Part shown: positions 40,413 to 53,243 of the stretch, in pieces
Numbering within the stretch: position 1 is the stretch's first letter
Layout of the letters: the number at the start of each line of letters is the position of its first letter
Source of the DNA: Dehalococcoidia bacterium
Lineage (GTDB): Bacteria > Chloroflexota > Dehalococcoidia > UBA2979
Length of the DNA: 64,000 bases
Assembly (NCBI GenBank): GCA_963667465.2
Contig: CAXXDN010000002.1
Location: forward strand, 1,280,001-1,344,000
Direction of reading: 5' to 3'
Translations under genes and position numbers: made by a program
Notes under the pieces: model-generated
Database searches by the model: none
Told to the model about the DNA's origin: nothing
The model's input: the letters and a program-made list of their open reading frames with translations, nothing else

Positions 40413-40778
40413 ATGCCCAACCAGTACGTGGCGACCGACACCAGCACCGGCCTCGAGGTCACGGTCACGGGCGAGTTCCCCGAGGATCCCGACGACCGCG
40501 TGCGCATCGCCCGCACCTCGACGCTGTTCACGCGCCTGATGGCAACGATCCTGGCGATGGAGGACGCAACGCCGCGCCGCGAAGGCTTCCGCGCCGTCGA
40601 GACGCAGTTGGAGATTGCCGACGCACTGCTGCGCCGCGAGATGGACGAGGTGCAGCGCCTGATCCGCGACACGCTCTCCTCGATGGGGATCACCGAGGAC
40701 CACCTCGGCGAGATCGAGGCGGAGCTGCGCCGCCAGCTCGGCCAGCTCGACGACAAGGAGCCGCCGGAGCTGGTGTAA
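40413..40778 (+). CDS. Hypothetical protein
   Basis: GGAG RBS, strong codon bias, 121 aa acidic and helical. Confidence 0.75.
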   Translation: MPNQYVATDTSTGLEVTVTGEFPEDPDDRVRIARTSTLFTRLMATILAMEDATPRREGFRAVETQLEIADALLRREMDEVQRLIRDTLSSMGITEDHLGEIEAELRRQLGQLDDKEPPELV

Positions 40779-40837
40779 ACGGCCCTTCGCGCTGGCGGCA
40801 GTTGCCGGGCGAAAACAGCGGCCGTATGGTTTTCCAT

Positions 40838-41101
40838 ATGAAGACGACCCTGAACATCGACGATACCGTGATGAAGCGGCTGCGCGAGGAAGCCGCGCGG
40901 CGCGACACCACTATGTCCGCGCTCGTCGAGGCGGGCCTGCGGCGCATCCTTGATGACGAAACTTCCTCGGGCTCCGTCGGGGCGGAACTGCCGCCACTCC
41001 CGACATGGAACGGGGGCGAGCCGCGAGTTGATGTGGCCGATCGCGACGCGCTGGATGCGGTGATGGGCGGAGACGGCCCGTACGCGACGGCAGGAGCGTA
41101 G
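40838..41101 (+). CDS. VapB-like RHH antitoxin
   Basis: MKTTLNIDDTVMKRLREEAARRDTTMSALVEAGLR; TATGGT 7 nt upstream suggests a leaderless mRNA. Confidence 0.85.
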   Translation: MKTTLNIDDTVMKRLREEAARRDTTMSALVEAGLRRILDDETSSGSVGAELPPLPTWNGGEPRVDVADRDALDAVMGGDGPYATAGA

Positions 41102-41106
41102 GCGCC

Positions 41107-41541
41107 CTGCTGGTCTTCGACACTAACGTCCTGCTCGACGCCGCCAACGAGGCGTCGGGGTTCCACGACGCATGCGGCAGGCTGCTCGATGAGGCGCGCC
41201 GCGATCCGTCTCCGGCGTACCTGACCTGGAACATCTGCTACGAGTTCCTCCGTGTCAGTACCCACGCTCGCGTGTTCCCGTCCCCACTTCGAATCGACAA
41301 GGCTCGCGAGTTCATCGAGGAACTGCTCGCGTCGCCGGGCTTCGGTCTGCTCCTCGCTACCGAACGTCACGCTGCTGTCCTGAGCCAAACGCTGTCCGAG
41401 CTGCCGGCGATCCGTGGGAACGTGGTCCATGACCTCCATACGGCGGTACTGATGCGCGAGCACGGCATCAGCAGGATCTGCACACGCGACGCCGACTTCC
41501 GTCGCTTCCCGTTCCTGACCGTCCTCGATCCCACGCGCTGA
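41107..41541 (+). CDS. VapC PIN-domain toxin (probable CTG start)
   Basis: LVFDTNVLL, YEFLRVSTH, GNVVHDLHTA, TRDADF. Confidence 0.88.
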   Translation: MLVFDTNVLLDAANEASGFHDACGRLLDEARRDPSPAYLTWNICYEFLRVSTHARVFPSPLRIDKAREFIEELLASPGFGLLLATERHAAVLSQTLSELPAIRGNVVHDLHTAVLMREHGISRICTRDADFRRFPFLTVLDPTR

Positions 41542-41600
41542 CGCCGCGATCCGGAGCCTTTCGCGCTGGCGCCGCCGGGGGCACGGCGCTACGATGGCAG

Positions 41601-41614
41601 CGAACGCCCATTCG
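41601..41614 (+). promoter_or_regulatory. Putative LexA (GAAC-N4-GTTC type) box upstream of uvrA
   Basis: CGAACGCCCATTCG, one mismatch, 5 nt downstream of -10-like TACGAT (41590-41595). Confidence 0.55.
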
Positions 41615-41676
41615 AACCGCCGAGGGGCGCCGTCCCCTGCTCACGCCGCCCTCCCCCACCACGATCGAGGTGGACT

Positions 41677-44655
41677 CTGCCGACCGACCGTATCGCCGTC
41701 ACCGGGGCTCGCGAGCACAATCTCAAGAACATCTCCGTCGAGATTCCTCGCGACCGCCTCGTCGTCATCACCGGGCTCAGCGGCTCCGGGAAGTCCTCGC
41801 TCGCCTTCGACACCATCTACGCCGAGGGACAGAGGCGTTATGTAGAGTCCCTGTCCGCCTACGCCCGCCAGTTCCTCGGGCTGATGGAGAAGCCGGACGT
41901 CGACTACATCGACGGTCTCTCGCCCGCGATCTCAATCGACCAGAAGGGCGTCTCGAAGAACCCGCGCTCCACGGTCGCGACCGTGACCGAGATCTACGAC
42001 TACCTGCGGCTGCTCTTCGCCCGTGTCGGCGTCCCCTACTGCCCGCACTGCGGCCAGGTGATCCGCCGCCAGACGATCCAGCAGATCGTCGACGCGGTCC
42101 TCGCCGAGCCCCCCGGCACACGCGCGATGCTGCTCGCCCCGGTCGTGCAGCACCGCCGCGGGCTGCACGAGCAGGTCTTCGAGGCCGTACGCCGCGCCGG
42201 GTTCGTGCGCGTGCGCGTCGACGGCGTCGTGCGCGATGTCGAGGAGCAGTTCGACCTCGAACGCTACGAGTGGCACGACATCGACGTCGTTGTCGACCGC
42301 CTCGTCACGCCCGAGGTCGGCGACGAGGAAGCCGAGGCGACGCGGCAGCGCATCTCGGACTCCGTGGAGCAGGCGCTCAAGCTCGGCGAGGGAGTCCTGC
42401 TGTTCGCGCCGGAGGACCGTCCGGAGGAGACGTTCAGTGAGCACTTCGCCTGTCCGAACACGACGCACCCACCCTACTCGGTGGGCGAGATCGAGCCGCG
42501 CAACTTCTCCTTCAACAGCCCGCACGGCGCCTGCGCCACCTGCACCGGCCTCGGCCTCCGCATGGAACTGGACTCCGACCTCGTCGTGCCCAATCCGAAG
42601 CTGACGATCAACGAGGGCGCGATCCTGCCCTACCAGCGGCTCAGCACGACACTGAGCTGGTATCGCCGCCGCCTCGAGGCGCTCGCGCGCGCCTACGGCT
42701 TCGACCTCGACACGCCGCTCGAGCAGCTGGACGACCGCCAGTGGGCGGCGCTGATGGACGGTGCGGACGGCCGCATTCACGTCTCCTACCGCACGCGCGG
42801 AGGCCGCGACCGCGACTACGCGATCGCCTGGGAGGGCGTGCTTCCCAACCTCGAGCGCCGCTACCGCGAGACCGAGTCCGACTGGGTGCGCAACGACCTC
42901 GAGCGCTACATGGTCGCCGCACCTTGCCCGGACTGCCGCGGCGCGCGGCTCAAGCCGGAGATGCTCGCCGTCTCCGTCGACGGCCGCTCGATCGCCGAGA
43001 CCGTCCGCAACTCGGTCGGCGACGCGCTCGCCTGGGTCGAGCGGCTGCGCGCGGAGGACTCGCCGCTCTCGGCGCGGGAGCGCCAGATCGCGCGCCAGAT
43101 CCTGCAGGAGATCGAGAACCGCCTGGTCTTCCTGCGCGACGTGGGCCTGCAATACCTCACGCTCGACCGCGCCTCGGGGACGCTCTCGGGCGGCGAAGGG
43201 CAGCGCATCCGGCTGGCGACGCAGATCGGATCGGCGCTGATGGGCGTGCTCTACGTCTGCGACGAGCCCTCGGTTGGCCTCCACGCCGTCGACAACCAGC
43301 GGCTGATCCGCACGCTGACGCGGCTGCGTGACCTCGGCAACACCGTGCTCGTCGTCGAGCACGACGAGGCGATGATGCTCGCCGCCGACCACCTGATCGA
43401 CCTCGGCCCCGGCGCCGGCGAGCACGGCGGCGAGGTGGTGGCCGCCGGCACGCCGCAGCAGGTGATGCGCAACCGCAAGTCGATTACCGCGCAGTACCTC
43501 TCCGGCAAGCGCATCATCCCGATGCCGGAGACGCGCCGCGAGGGCAACGGCGAGGCGCTGGTCGTGCGCGGCGCGAGCGCCCACAACCTCAAGGAACTCG
43601 ATGTCGCGTTCCCGCTTGGCACGCTGATCTGCGTGACCGGCGTCTCCGGCTCCGGCAAGTCGACGCTGGTCAACGAGATCCTGGCGAAGCGCCTCGCGCA
43701 CGACCTGCACCGCGCCCGCGAGCGCCCCGGCGCGCACCGCAGCATCGAGGGCCTCGCGCACGTCGACAAGGCGGTCGTGATCGACCAGTCGCCGATCGGA
43801 CGCACGCCGCGATCGAACCCGGCGACCTACACGGGGCTGTTCACGGTGGTGCGCGAGCTGTTCGCGACCGTGCCGGAGTCGCGGGCGCGCGGCTATAAGC
43901 CGGGCCGCTTCTCCTTCAACGTGAAGGGCGGCCGCTGCGAGGCCTGCAAGGGCGACGGCTACAACCAGATCGAGATGCAGTTCCTGCCCGACGTGACCGT
44001 GCCCTGCGAGGTCTGCCAGGGCGACCGCTACAACCGCGAAGCGCTCGAGATCCGCTTCCGCGGCAAGACCATCGCCGAGGTGCTGCGCATGACCGTGACG
44101 GAGGCGCTCGAGTTCTTCGACGCCTTCCCGCGCGCGAAGCGCAAGCTGGAGACGCTCCACGCCGTCGGGCTCGGCTACATCCGGCTCGGCCAGCCGGCAA
44201 CCACGCTCTCCGGGGGCGAGGCGCAGCGCGTCAAGCTCGCCACGGAACTCTCGAGGCGCGCCACCGGCCGCACGGTCTACATCCTCGACGAGCCGACCAC
44301 GGGCCTCTCCTTCGCGGACATCGAGGCGCTGCTCGGCGTGCTGCAGCGGCTGGCCGACCAGGGCAACACCGTGATCGTGATCGAGCACCAGCTGGACGTG
44401 ATCAAGAACGCGGACTGGGTGATCGACCTCGGTCCCGAAGGCGGGGAGCGCGGCGGAGAGCTGCTCGCTGAGGGTCCCCCGGAGCTCGTCGCCACCGTCG
44501 ACGCCTCGGCAACCGGCCGCTTCCTGCGTGCCGCGCTCGCGCAGCACGGCGTGGAGCCCGAGGACCGCGTGGCGCCCTCGGACAACGGCGCGAAGCCGCG
44601 CGCCGCCGCGTCACGCAGGCGCAAGCGCGCGCCGAAGGCTGCGGCGCGGGCGTAG
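41677..44655 (+). CDS. uvrA: Excinuclease ABC subunit A (CTG start)
   Basis: [32 protein letters not shown] upstream of the track start; second Walker A GVSGSGKS; two LSGGE signatures; zinc fingers. Confidence 0.97.
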   Translation: MPTDRIAVTGAREHNLKNISVEIPRDRLVVITGLSGSGKSSLAFDTIYAEGQRRYVESLSAYARQFLGLMEKPDVDYIDGLSPAISIDQKGVSKNPRSTVATVTEIYDYLRLLFARVGVPYCPHCGQVIRRQTIQQIVDAVLAEPPGTRAMLLAPVVQHRRGLHEQVFEAVRRAGFVRVRVDGVVRDVEEQFDLERYEWHDIDVVVDRLVTPEVGDEEAEATRQRISDSVEQALKLGEGVLLFAPEDRPEETFSEHFACPNTTHPPYSVGEIEPRNFSFNSPHGACATCTGLGLRMELDSDLVVPNPKLTINEGAILPYQRLSTTLSWYRRRLEALARAYGFDLDTPLEQLDDRQWAALMDGADGRIHVSYRTRGGRDRDYAIAWEGVLPNLERRYRETESDWVRNDLERYMVAAPCPDCRGARLKPEMLAVSVDGRSIAETVRNSVGDALAWVERLRAEDSPLSARERQIARQILQEIENRLVFLRDVGLQYLTLDRASGTLSGGEGQRIRLATQIGSALMGVLYVCDEPSVGLHAVDNQRLIRTLTRLRDLGNTVLVVEHDEAMMLAADHLIDLGPGAGEHGGEVVAAGTPQQVMRNRKSITAQYLSGKRIIPMPETRREGNGEALVVRGASAHNLKELDVAFPLGTLICVTGVSGSGKSTLVNEILAKRLAHDLHRARERPGAHRSIEGLAHVDKAVVIDQSPIGRTPRSNPATYTGLFTVVRELFATVPESRARGYKPGRFSFNVKGGRCEACKGDGYNQIEMQFLPDVTVPCEVCQGDRYNREALEIRFRGKTIAEVLRMTVTEALEFFDAFPRAKRKLETLHAVGLGYIRLGQPATTLSGGEAQRVKLATELSRRATGRTVYILDEPTTGLSFADIEALLGVLQRLADQGNTVIVIEHQLDVIKNADWVIDLGPEGGERGGELLAEGPPELVATVDASATGRFLRAALAQHGVEPEDRVAPSDNGAKPRAAASRRRKRAPKAAARA

Positions 44656-44677
44656 GGGCCTGCTCACGCCGCGGGCG

Positions 44678-45193
44678 CTACCAGAACTTCCACCAGGGCT
44701 TGCCGCCACTCGCTGCTGCCGGCTCATTCGCCGCCGCCCGCCGGGCGAGCTCGGCGGCGTGCTCGACGGCCTCCTGGCTGGCGCGCGGCACATTCGCGAC
44801 AAGGCGCGGGATCAGCTCGAAGAGCACGTCCATGTCCTCCGGCGTGAGCCGGTCGCGCGCGACCGTGTGCACGAGGGCCGCGCGGTGCATCGCTATCCCG
44901 CCCGGCACACGCTCGAACGCCTTGTTGTAGGCGCTCGCCACGTCCTGCGCTCCCGGGAAGTTGTCCTCGGCGAGGCTCAACCACGAGCGCAGGCGGCTCT
45001 CCGTGAAGTCGGCCAGTGCCTCATCGCCGAGCGCATACTCGGCGAGGATCATCGACTGGGCCTGCTGCTCGCGCGAAGGCTGGTCGAGACCGGCCAACAC
45101 ATCGAAGCGCTGCCGCATCTCGGAGACTCGCGTTGACGCTTCGGTCTCACTGAGCGCGGACCATGTCGCGTCCGCTTGCACCTCATTCGTCAT
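44678..45193 (-). CDS. Hypothetical protein ending KPWWKFW
   Basis: GAGGGG RBS, codon bias. Confidence 0.75.
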   Translation of the reverse strand: MTNEVQADATWSALSETEASTRVSEMRQRFDVLAGLDQPSREQQAQSMILAEYALGDEALADFTESRLRSWLSLAEDNFPGAQDVASAYNKAFERVPGGIAMHRAALVHTVARDRLTPEDMDVLFELIPRLVANVPRASQEAVEHAAELARRAAANEPAAASGGKPWWKFW

Positions 45194-45275
45194 CGCTGTC
45201 CCCTCTCGCGTCTCGCGCGGGTGAAGCGCTGTACGCTGGCACAGGCGCTACCGCCTGCTAATCGAACGGTGTTCC

Positions 45276-45788
45276 ATGACTACCATACGCCTTCAGCCAG
45301 ACGATGCGCGGCTTGCCGCCCTGGCGGTCGTCTACCACCTCGGGCGGCCGGGCTCGGAGTTGGACGCGGCGACACTGCAACCGCACGAGGGCGGGCTGGG
45401 GCCGCTGCAGCCGGTCATCGAGGAGCAACTCGGCCTCGCGGTGACGACGATCGATGTCACGCCCTACCAGCTCTCGCGACTCGGCGAGGCGCTGCACGGC
45501 GCCGTCAACGAGCTCAAGCAGTACGAACTGAGCGAGGGCCGCTCGGTCGTGCCCGGCTTCGCCGCGGCGTTGGCGCGCCTCTTCCCCGACCTCGCGGCCG
45601 AGGAGGGCGGGGCGCTCGATCTCGCCTCGCAGGGGGTGATGCTGCGCCGCCGTCTCGATGCCGCCGTCCGCGAGGCGTCCGCGCAGGTGGAGGCCGCCCG
45701 CGCCGCCGAGGCAGCGCACGCTTCCGCCGAGGCGGCGCCGTCCGGCGAGGGGCGCAGCCTCTGGCGGCGGCTCTTTCGCCGCCGCTGA
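45276..45788 (+). CDS. Hypothetical protein ending RSLWRRLFRRR
   Basis: Codon bias, fills the intergenic space. Confidence 0.7.
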   Translation: MTTIRLQPDDARLAALAVVYHLGRPGSELDAATLQPHEGGLGPLQPVIEEQLGLAVTTIDVTPYQLSRLGEALHGAVNELKQYELSEGRSVVPGFAAALARLFPDLAAEEGGALDLASQGVMLRRRLDAAVREASAQVEAARAAEAAHASAEAAPSGEGRSLWRRLFRRR

Positions 45789-45911
45789 CTGCGAGCACGG
45801 GGGTTCGGGCGCGGAAGTCCGGGCACGGGGCGGGCCGCCCTCGCTTGTCCCGATGCCGCCCCGATCCTAGAATCGAGGTAACCGGACCACCGTGAAGGGA
45901 TGCCCTGCGGG

Positions 45912-46187
45912 ATGACCTACTACATCACTCAGCCTTGTATCGATGTCATGGACCAGTCCTGCGTCGATGTCTGCCCGGTCGACTGCATCCACTTCGAGGA
46001 GGGTGAGGACCGGATGCTCTACATCGATCCGGATGAGTGCATCGACTGCGGCGCGTGCGAGCCGGCCTGCCCGGTGAACGCGATCTACGCTGAGGACGAC
46101 CTCCCGGACGACCAGTCCGCCTTCGCGGAGATCAACGTGCTGTGGTACCAGGACGCCTCCGCGGCACGCGAGAGGGTGCCGGCCTAG
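45912..46187 (+). CDS. 7Fe-type ([3Fe-4S]/[4Fe-4S]) ferredoxin
   Basis: [17 protein letters not shown] and [12 protein letters not shown]; TAGAAT upstream. Confidence 0.95.
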   Translation: MTYYITQPCIDVMDQSCVDVCPVDCIHFEEGEDRMLYIDPDECIDCGACEPACPVNAIYAEDDLPDDQSAFAEINVLWYQDASAARERVPA

Positions 46188-46234
46188 CAGCACTCCGGGC
46201 CCACGGCCCTCGCGGCATACCGCAACCGGCAAGC

Positions 46235-46260
46235 AGAAGCGCCGCTCTCGCGGCGCTTCT
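46235..46260. terminator. Hairpin between convergent genes
   Basis: agaagcgccgc-tctc-gcggcgcttct, 11-bp perfect stem. Confidence 0.6.
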
Positions 46261-46285
46261 TCATGTCTGCGGGAGCTCCCGGTCG

Positions 46286-47107
46286 CTACCGCACCGGCAT
46301 CGGCGAACCCTCGAGGATCGGGATGTCGTCGTGGGCGAGCCGCTCGGCGCCCTCGCGGAGCGGGTGCGACTCGAGCCGCACGGTGCCGTCGCTCTCGAGG
46401 TGCACCATCAGGACGCGCCCGCCGGTGTGACCGGCGAGTCCGTCCGGCGCGCCGGAGTAGGCGGCGAGCCCATCGCCGGCGGCGACGCGCGTCTGCTGCT
46501 CCCAGTGCCCCAGTGCAAAGTAGTCGTGGTCGAGAACGGAGAAGTGGTCCTCGTAGATGTGGTACGAGCTGTGGTCGGCGGACATCGGGTGCAGGAAGTG
46601 CCCGTGCCCGACGCCGATGTGCCAGTCTGCTTCACCGCGCCGCGGCGCGTCCTCGAACGGGCGGAAGTTCGGGTCGAGCTCGGTGTGGCTGCGGCCCCAG
46701 AGCTCCACGTTGAGATCGCGGAGCATGACGGACTCGCCCTCGGGGGTGCGCATCAGGCGCAGGTTCGGCGCCAGCTCGGTCAGGTCGAGCCGGTCATAGA
46801 CGGAGCCGGGCCCGACGTGGTCGTGGTTGCCGGGCAGCAGGATCACCGGACCGGGCACGCGCGCCAGCTGCTCGCCGGCGAACTGCATCGTGTCCTCCTG
46901 GACGCGGGCGTTGTCGAAGAAGTCGCCCGCGATCACCATGAAGTCCACGCGCTCCGTGATCGACAGGTCGATCACCGCGCGGAAGGTGTCGTGCATCTCC
47001 TGCCGGCGCTCCATCGTGCGTTCGGCCTTACTGTGGTCGTAGGCCCCGAGATGCACATCGGACGTATGCAGGAACTTCAGCTCTTTCCTGCCCTGGTGGT
47101 CACTCAC
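46286..47107 (-). CDS. Mre11/SbcD-like metallophosphoesterase
   Basis: [34 protein letters not shown]. Confidence 0.88.
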   Translation of the reverse strand: MSDHQGRKELKFLHTSDVHLGAYDHSKAERTMERRQEMHDTFRAVIDLSITERVDFMVIAGDFFDNARVQEDTMQFAGEQLARVPGPVILLPGNHDHVGPGSVYDRLDLTELAPNLRLMRTPEGESVMLRDLNVELWGRSHTELDPNFRPFEDAPRRGEADWHIGVGHGHFLHPMSADHSSYHIYEDHFSVLDHDYFALGHWEQQTRVAAGDGLAAYSGAPDGLAGHTGGRVLMVHLESDGTVRLESHPLREGAERLAHDDIPILEGSPMPVR

Positions 47108-48476
47108 TTGGTCCCGCCTCCCGCACTACCGGCCGCAGCGCCTCAATCCGCTCGCGCAGCGCCTCGACGACGCCATCGAGGGGCACACGAATCTGCGACA
47201 TCGTATCGCGTTCCCGGATAGTAACCGCATCGTCGTCCAGCGTCTCGAAATCGACCGTTACGCAGAGCGGCGTGCCGACCTCGTCCTGCCGCCGGTAGCG
47301 GCGGCCGATGGACTGCGAGTCATCGTACTGGGTTCGGAAGTGTGGTCGCAGCAGTTCCCAGACGCGGCGCGCCGTCGGCACCAGCCGCTCGTTGCGCGAG
47401 AGCGGCAGCACCGCCACGGTCGTCGGCGCGACCGCTGGCGCGAGGCGCAGCAGCACGCGCTTCTCACCCCGCTCGTCCACTTCCTCGTCGTAGGCATCGA
47501 CCAGCAGCGTGAGCATGATGCGATCGACGCCAGCCGCCGGCTCCACCACATGCGGCACGATGTGTTCGCCACGCTCCTGATCGAAGTACGTCAGCGACTT
47601 GCCCGAGGCGCTTGCGTGGGCCCCGAGGTCGAAGTCGCCACGGTGCGCGATGCCCTCAAGTTCGCCCCAGCCCCAGGGGTAGAGGTATTCGACGTCCGAG
47701 GTCCCGCGCGAGTAGTGCGAGAGCTCCTCGGCGGTGTGGTCGCGCAGCCTGAGCCGCTCCGGGCGTACACCGAGCGACTCGTACCAGCGCAGCCGCTCCT
47801 GCTTCCAGTACTCGTGCCACTCCATCGATTCTGCCGGGTCGCAGAAGTACTCCATCTCCATCTGCTCGAACTCGAGCATGCGGAAGGTGAAGTGCCCGGT
47901 GGTGATCTCGTTGCGGAAGGACTTGCCGATCTGGGCGATGCCGAAGGGCAGCCGCCGCCGCGTCGACTGCTGCACCAGCTCGAAGTTGACGAACATGCCC
48001 TGCGCCGTCTCCGGCCGCAGGTAGGCAACCGCCGCGTCGTCCTGCACGGGCCCCACGAAGGTGCGAAACAGCAGGTTGAACTGCCGCTCCTCGGTGAAGC
48101 GCCCCACCTCGCCGCAGGACGGGCACGCGTTGTCCGCGATGTGGTCCGCGCGCACGCGGGCGCGGCAGGCGAGACAGTCGACGAGCGGGTCGGCGAAGCT
48201 GTCGACATGGCCGGAGGCCTGCCAGACCTTCGGGTTGGTGATCATCGCCGCCTCGATGCCGACGATGTCGGTGCGCTCCTGGACCATGCTCCGCCACCAC
48301 GAGTCGCGGATGTTGCGCTTCATCTCGACGCCGAGCGGGCCGTAATCGTAGGTGGAGGCGAAGCCGCCGTAGATCTCCGCCGAGGGAAAGACGAAGCCGC
48401 GCCGCTTGGCCAGCGAGATCAGCGTCTCGAGCTCGACCGACGCGGCTGCGGGAGTGTCGAGAGCAGCGTCGGTCAC
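47100..48476 (-). CDS. glyQS: Glycine--tRNA ligase, homodimeric type
   Basis: [57 protein letters not shown]. Confidence 0.97.
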   Translation of the reverse strand: MTDAALDTPAAASVELETLISLAKRRGFVFPSAEIYGGFASTYDYGPLGVEMKRNIRDSWWRSMVQERTDIVGIEAAMITNPKVWQASGHVDSFADPLVDCLACRARVRADHIADNACPSCGEVGRFTEERQFNLLFRTFVGPVQDDAAVAYLRPETAQGMFVNFELVQQSTRRRLPFGIAQIGKSFRNEITTGHFTFRMLEFEQMEMEYFCDPAESMEWHEYWKQERLRWYESLGVRPERLRLRDHTAEELSHYSRGTSDVEYLYPWGWGELEGIAHRGDFDLGAHASASGKSLTYFDQERGEHIVPHVVEPAAGVDRIMLTLLVDAYDEEVDERGEKRVLLRLAPAVAPTTVAVLPLSRNERLVPTARRVWELLRPHFRTQYDDSQSIGRRYRRQDEVGTPLCVTVDFETLDDDAVTIRERDTMSQIRVPLDGVVEALRERIEALRPVVREAGPSE

Positions 48477-48608
48477 GCGGACTCCTCGTTACGTCGTGTG
48501 CTGACAGGCGCCGGTGGACGCGGGCGAGCGTAGCACCGCCCCGCACTGCCCTCAATGACGAGCCGCCTGCCGGAGCGGGGCGGGGTCAACGCAGCGGATC
48601 GGCCGCCG

Positions 48609-48758
48609 TCATGAACGCGCTCGCTTCTCTCGCTTCCTCAGCCGGCGCGCGCGTTCACCGATCAGCCGCTGGATGTTCTTCAGGCTGAAGCCGTGCGTGC
48701 GCATCTCGCGTCTCTTGCGTTGCTTCTGCTCACGTCGCTCACCCTTCGTCTGACTCAC
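48609..48758 (-). CDS. Small highly basic protein (49 aa)
   Basis: MSQTKGERREQKQRKRREMRTHGFSLKNIQRLIGERARRLRKREKRARS; Lys/Asn/Ile codons are unlikely by chance in this GC background. Confidence 0.6.
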   Translation of the reverse strand: MSQTKGERREQKQRKRREMRTHGFSLKNIQRLIGERARRLRKREKRARS

Positions 48759-49016
48759 GCGCCGCCCGCACTCCCTCGCCAGCCGGCGATCGCGCCACCC
48801 GGAGCGGGCGCAGCCTCGTCCGGCGCTGCGTGCTGCGCCCGCAGCCGGCCGGGCGCGGCAGCGTCGCTGTTCCGCGTCGTCTTCATGAGAAAACCATACG
48901 GCCGGGGCCCTGCCCGGCAAACCCGCCCGCGGCCGGAACACCCTTGAGCGTCAGCGGGGCCAGGCCTTGCGGCCCGGCCCCGTCCGGTTCGCGTCCGCGC
49001 CGCCGCGCCGGTGCGG

Positions 49017-51092
<2,076 letters not shown>

Positions 51093-51206
51093 GTCGCCCC
51101 CAACTCGTTGCGTACAGAACCCGTCAGCCGGGCATGCTCGCGCACACACGCCGCGCGCGCCACCCTCCGGTATGTTAGCACCACGGTTGATAATGCGCGA
51201 TAGCGC

Positions 51207-51887
51207 CTATGCAATATCAGCCTGCGACGAGCCGTCCGCTTCCCCGCCCGCGAGGGCATCGAGCCGGCTCGCGAGCCGCTGCTGCTGTGCGGCCAGCGTC
51301 AGGTCGCCGCGCGTGCGCTCGATGATGCCGCGCGTCACGTCGGTGGCGCGCCGCAGGTTGGAGGTCATCGCGTCCGGGTAGTCGATCGTCACCAGCAACG
51401 ACTGCATCTCGTCCATCCGCTCGAGCATCGCCTCGCAACGATCGAGGTCCTCGGCGCGCAGCGAGTCCAGCACGTGGCGGCGCAGCTCGCCGATCGCTTC
51501 GGCGATCCCGTGCAGGTAGGAGACGCCGCGCACGCCAAGCGACTGCGGCGTCGGCAGCACGCGGCCGGCGATCAGCGCGAGCGTGATCGCCGCCTCCGCG
51601 TACTCCTTCTGCGCGTCGTGCATGAAGCCCGCGTGGGCGATCTGCGGGAAGCCCCCGGTCGCCGTCGCGGCCTCGGCGAGGGCGGCCCGCGCCTCCTCGA
51701 GGAGTCGCGCAGCGGCATCCGCGTCGCCACGATGGACGGCGCGGATGCAGTTCGCCGAGGAGCGGACTGCGCCGCGGCAGAGCGGCAGCGCAGCCTCCCG
51801 CGCGGCGTTCGTCGCCTCGAGGTCCGCGCGGATGCCCTCGACGGCGTGTGCCAGCTCGGCGCCGAAGCCGGTCCCTTCGTCGGGCAC
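51207..51887 (-). CDS. Translin/Trax (C3PO)-like protein
   Basis: QKEYAEA and YLHGIAEAIGELRR match the Trax acidic motifs; all-helical, 226 aa. Confidence 0.8.
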   Translation of the reverse strand: MPDEGTGFGAELAHAVEGIRADLEATNAAREAALPLCRGAVRSSANCIRAVHRGDADAAARLLEEARAALAEAATATGGFPQIAHAGFMHDAQKEYAEAAITLALIAGRVLPTPQSLGVRGVSYLHGIAEAIGELRRHVLDSLRAEDLDRCEAMLERMDEMQSLLVTIDYPDAMTSNLRRATDVTRGIIERTRGDLTLAAQQQRLASRLDALAGGEADGSSQADIA

Positions 51888-51891
51888 GTGC

Positions 51892-52242
51892 TCAGGCGTC
51901 CTGCGCGGGGCCGGGCAGCTCGCCCTCGCGTGCGGCGTCGATCATCTCGCGCGTCTCGCCGGGCAGCTCCATTCCGTACTCCTCGAAGCGCTGCTCGACC
52001 CAGCGGCCGATCTGGCGCGGGTCACGATACTGGTCCTCGGGACTGGCGCCCGCGCCGGGCGCGCCGTACTCGTCGATCACGTCCTGGTCGGTCTTGAGCC
52101 GGGCGACGGAGGAGATCTGGCGCGCGGTGCGGGCGGAGCCGCAGTGCTCGCACTGCGGCGCCTCGGGGTCGTGGCGCATCGAGCGCACGAAGAGGTTGGT
52201 CAGGCCCTCGCACTCCTCGCAGCGGTACTCGTAGATGGGCAG
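51892..52242 (-). CDS. FmdB-family zinc ribbon protein (probable CTG start)
   Basis: PIYEYRCEEC...CEHCGS. Confidence 0.85.
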   Translation of the reverse strand: MPIYEYRCEECEGLTNLFVRSMRHDPEAPQCEHCGSARTARQISSVARLKTDQDVIDEYGAPGAGASPEDQYRDPRQIGRWVEQRFEEYGMELPGETREMIDAAREGELPGPAQDA

Positions 52243-52246
52243 GCGG

Positions 52247-52651
52247 CTAATCCGGGTTCCCGAGGCTCTTCTTCACCTTGGCCTCCTGCACCTTGTGGCG
52301 GAAGGTGTAGCCGGCGTCGATCCGCTCGACGGGGTCCTCGCCGGCCTCGGCCTGCTCGGCGAGTTCGCGGTAGTTGGAGCCGAGCACCTCGTCGTACTCG
52401 GCGCTGGCCTGGCGGGCCCACTTCGCGAAGCCGCGCTCGTCGCCGCGTTCGAGGGCGGCCTCGTGTTCGGTGAAGTCCACCTCGGAGAGGCGGTCCGCGT
52501 CGGAGCGCACGCGGGCGAACTGGGAGACCAGGCGGGTCAGCCGCGCGCCGCCGCACTCCGGGCACTTCGGCTCGCTCGTCGCCGAGACGGAGCGGAAGAA
52601 GACCTCGACGGTGTCGGCGCAGTCCGCGCAGTCGTACTGGTAGATCGGCAT
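52247..52651 (-). CDS. FmdB-family zinc ribbon protein
   Basis: MPIYQYDCADC...CPECGG. Confidence 0.88.
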   Translation of the reverse strand: MPIYQYDCADCADTVEVFFRSVSATSEPKCPECGGARLTRLVSQFARVRSDADRLSEVDFTEHEAALERGDERGFAKWARQASAEYDEVLGSNYRELAEQAEAGEDPVERIDAGYTFRHKVQEAKVKKSLGNPD

Positions 52652-52743
52652 GGTGCTCAAAGTGTAGCGGCCCGCGCCGTCCTCGCAACAGCCCGCTGCG
52701 CCTCGGCTATGCGATGATGGGCCCACAGCCTGTGGGGGCAATC

Positions 52744-52974
52744 ATGGTGCTCAGGAGGGTCAGAGCCCGGTTCACCGGCGGCAAGCTCGAGCCGCTGGAG
52801 CCCCTGGGCCTCGAAGAGGGTGCGGAGGTGGCGTTGACCGTCGACGAGCAGGTGCATCCCACCGAGGGGGCGGAAGATGCTGCGCTCGCCCGTGCCATCG
52901 AAGAGGGCCTGACGACCGAGCGTGTCAGCAAGGAAGAGGTCATGTCCATCCTGCGGGATCGGGATGGAGGTTGA
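52744..52974 (+). CDS. DUF104/AF2212-like antitoxin
   Basis: VRARFTGGKLEPLEPLGLEEGAEVALTV; overlaps the toxin start. Confidence 0.75.
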   Translation: MVLRRVRARFTGGKLEPLEPLGLEEGAEVALTVDEQVHPTEGAEDAALARAIEEGLTTERVSKEEVMSILRDRDGG

Positions 52975-53230
52975 GTTCACGCCCAGCTTCATCCGCGACC
53001 TGAGGCGAGTGCGCGGCACCGAAATTCGCGGCAGGGTCGAGGGGCTCATCGACGATCTGGAATCTGCGCCAAACCTACCTGCAATCTCCGGCGTCGCCCG
53101 AATCAGGGGACCCGGGCGCTACTACCGCGTCCGGATCGGGGATTATCGGCTCGGACTCGTGCTGGACGGTGGCACAGCGGTACTGATCAGATTCCTGCAC
53201 CGGCGAGACATCTACCGGTTCTTTCCGTAG
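52964..53230 (+). CDS. RelE/ParE family toxin
   Basis: MEVEFTPSFIRDL, YYRVRIGDYRLG, HRRDIY. Confidence 0.9.
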   Translation: MEVEFTPSFIRDLRRVRGTEIRGRVEGLIDDLESAPNLPAISGVARIRGPGRYYRVRIGDYRLGLVLDGGTAVLIRFLHRRDIYRFFP

Positions 53231-53243
53231 CGGTCACCCGACC

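Noticed and set aside
45264-45274. LexA box GAACGGTGTTC
   Set aside because: Spacer is 3 nt rather than 4.
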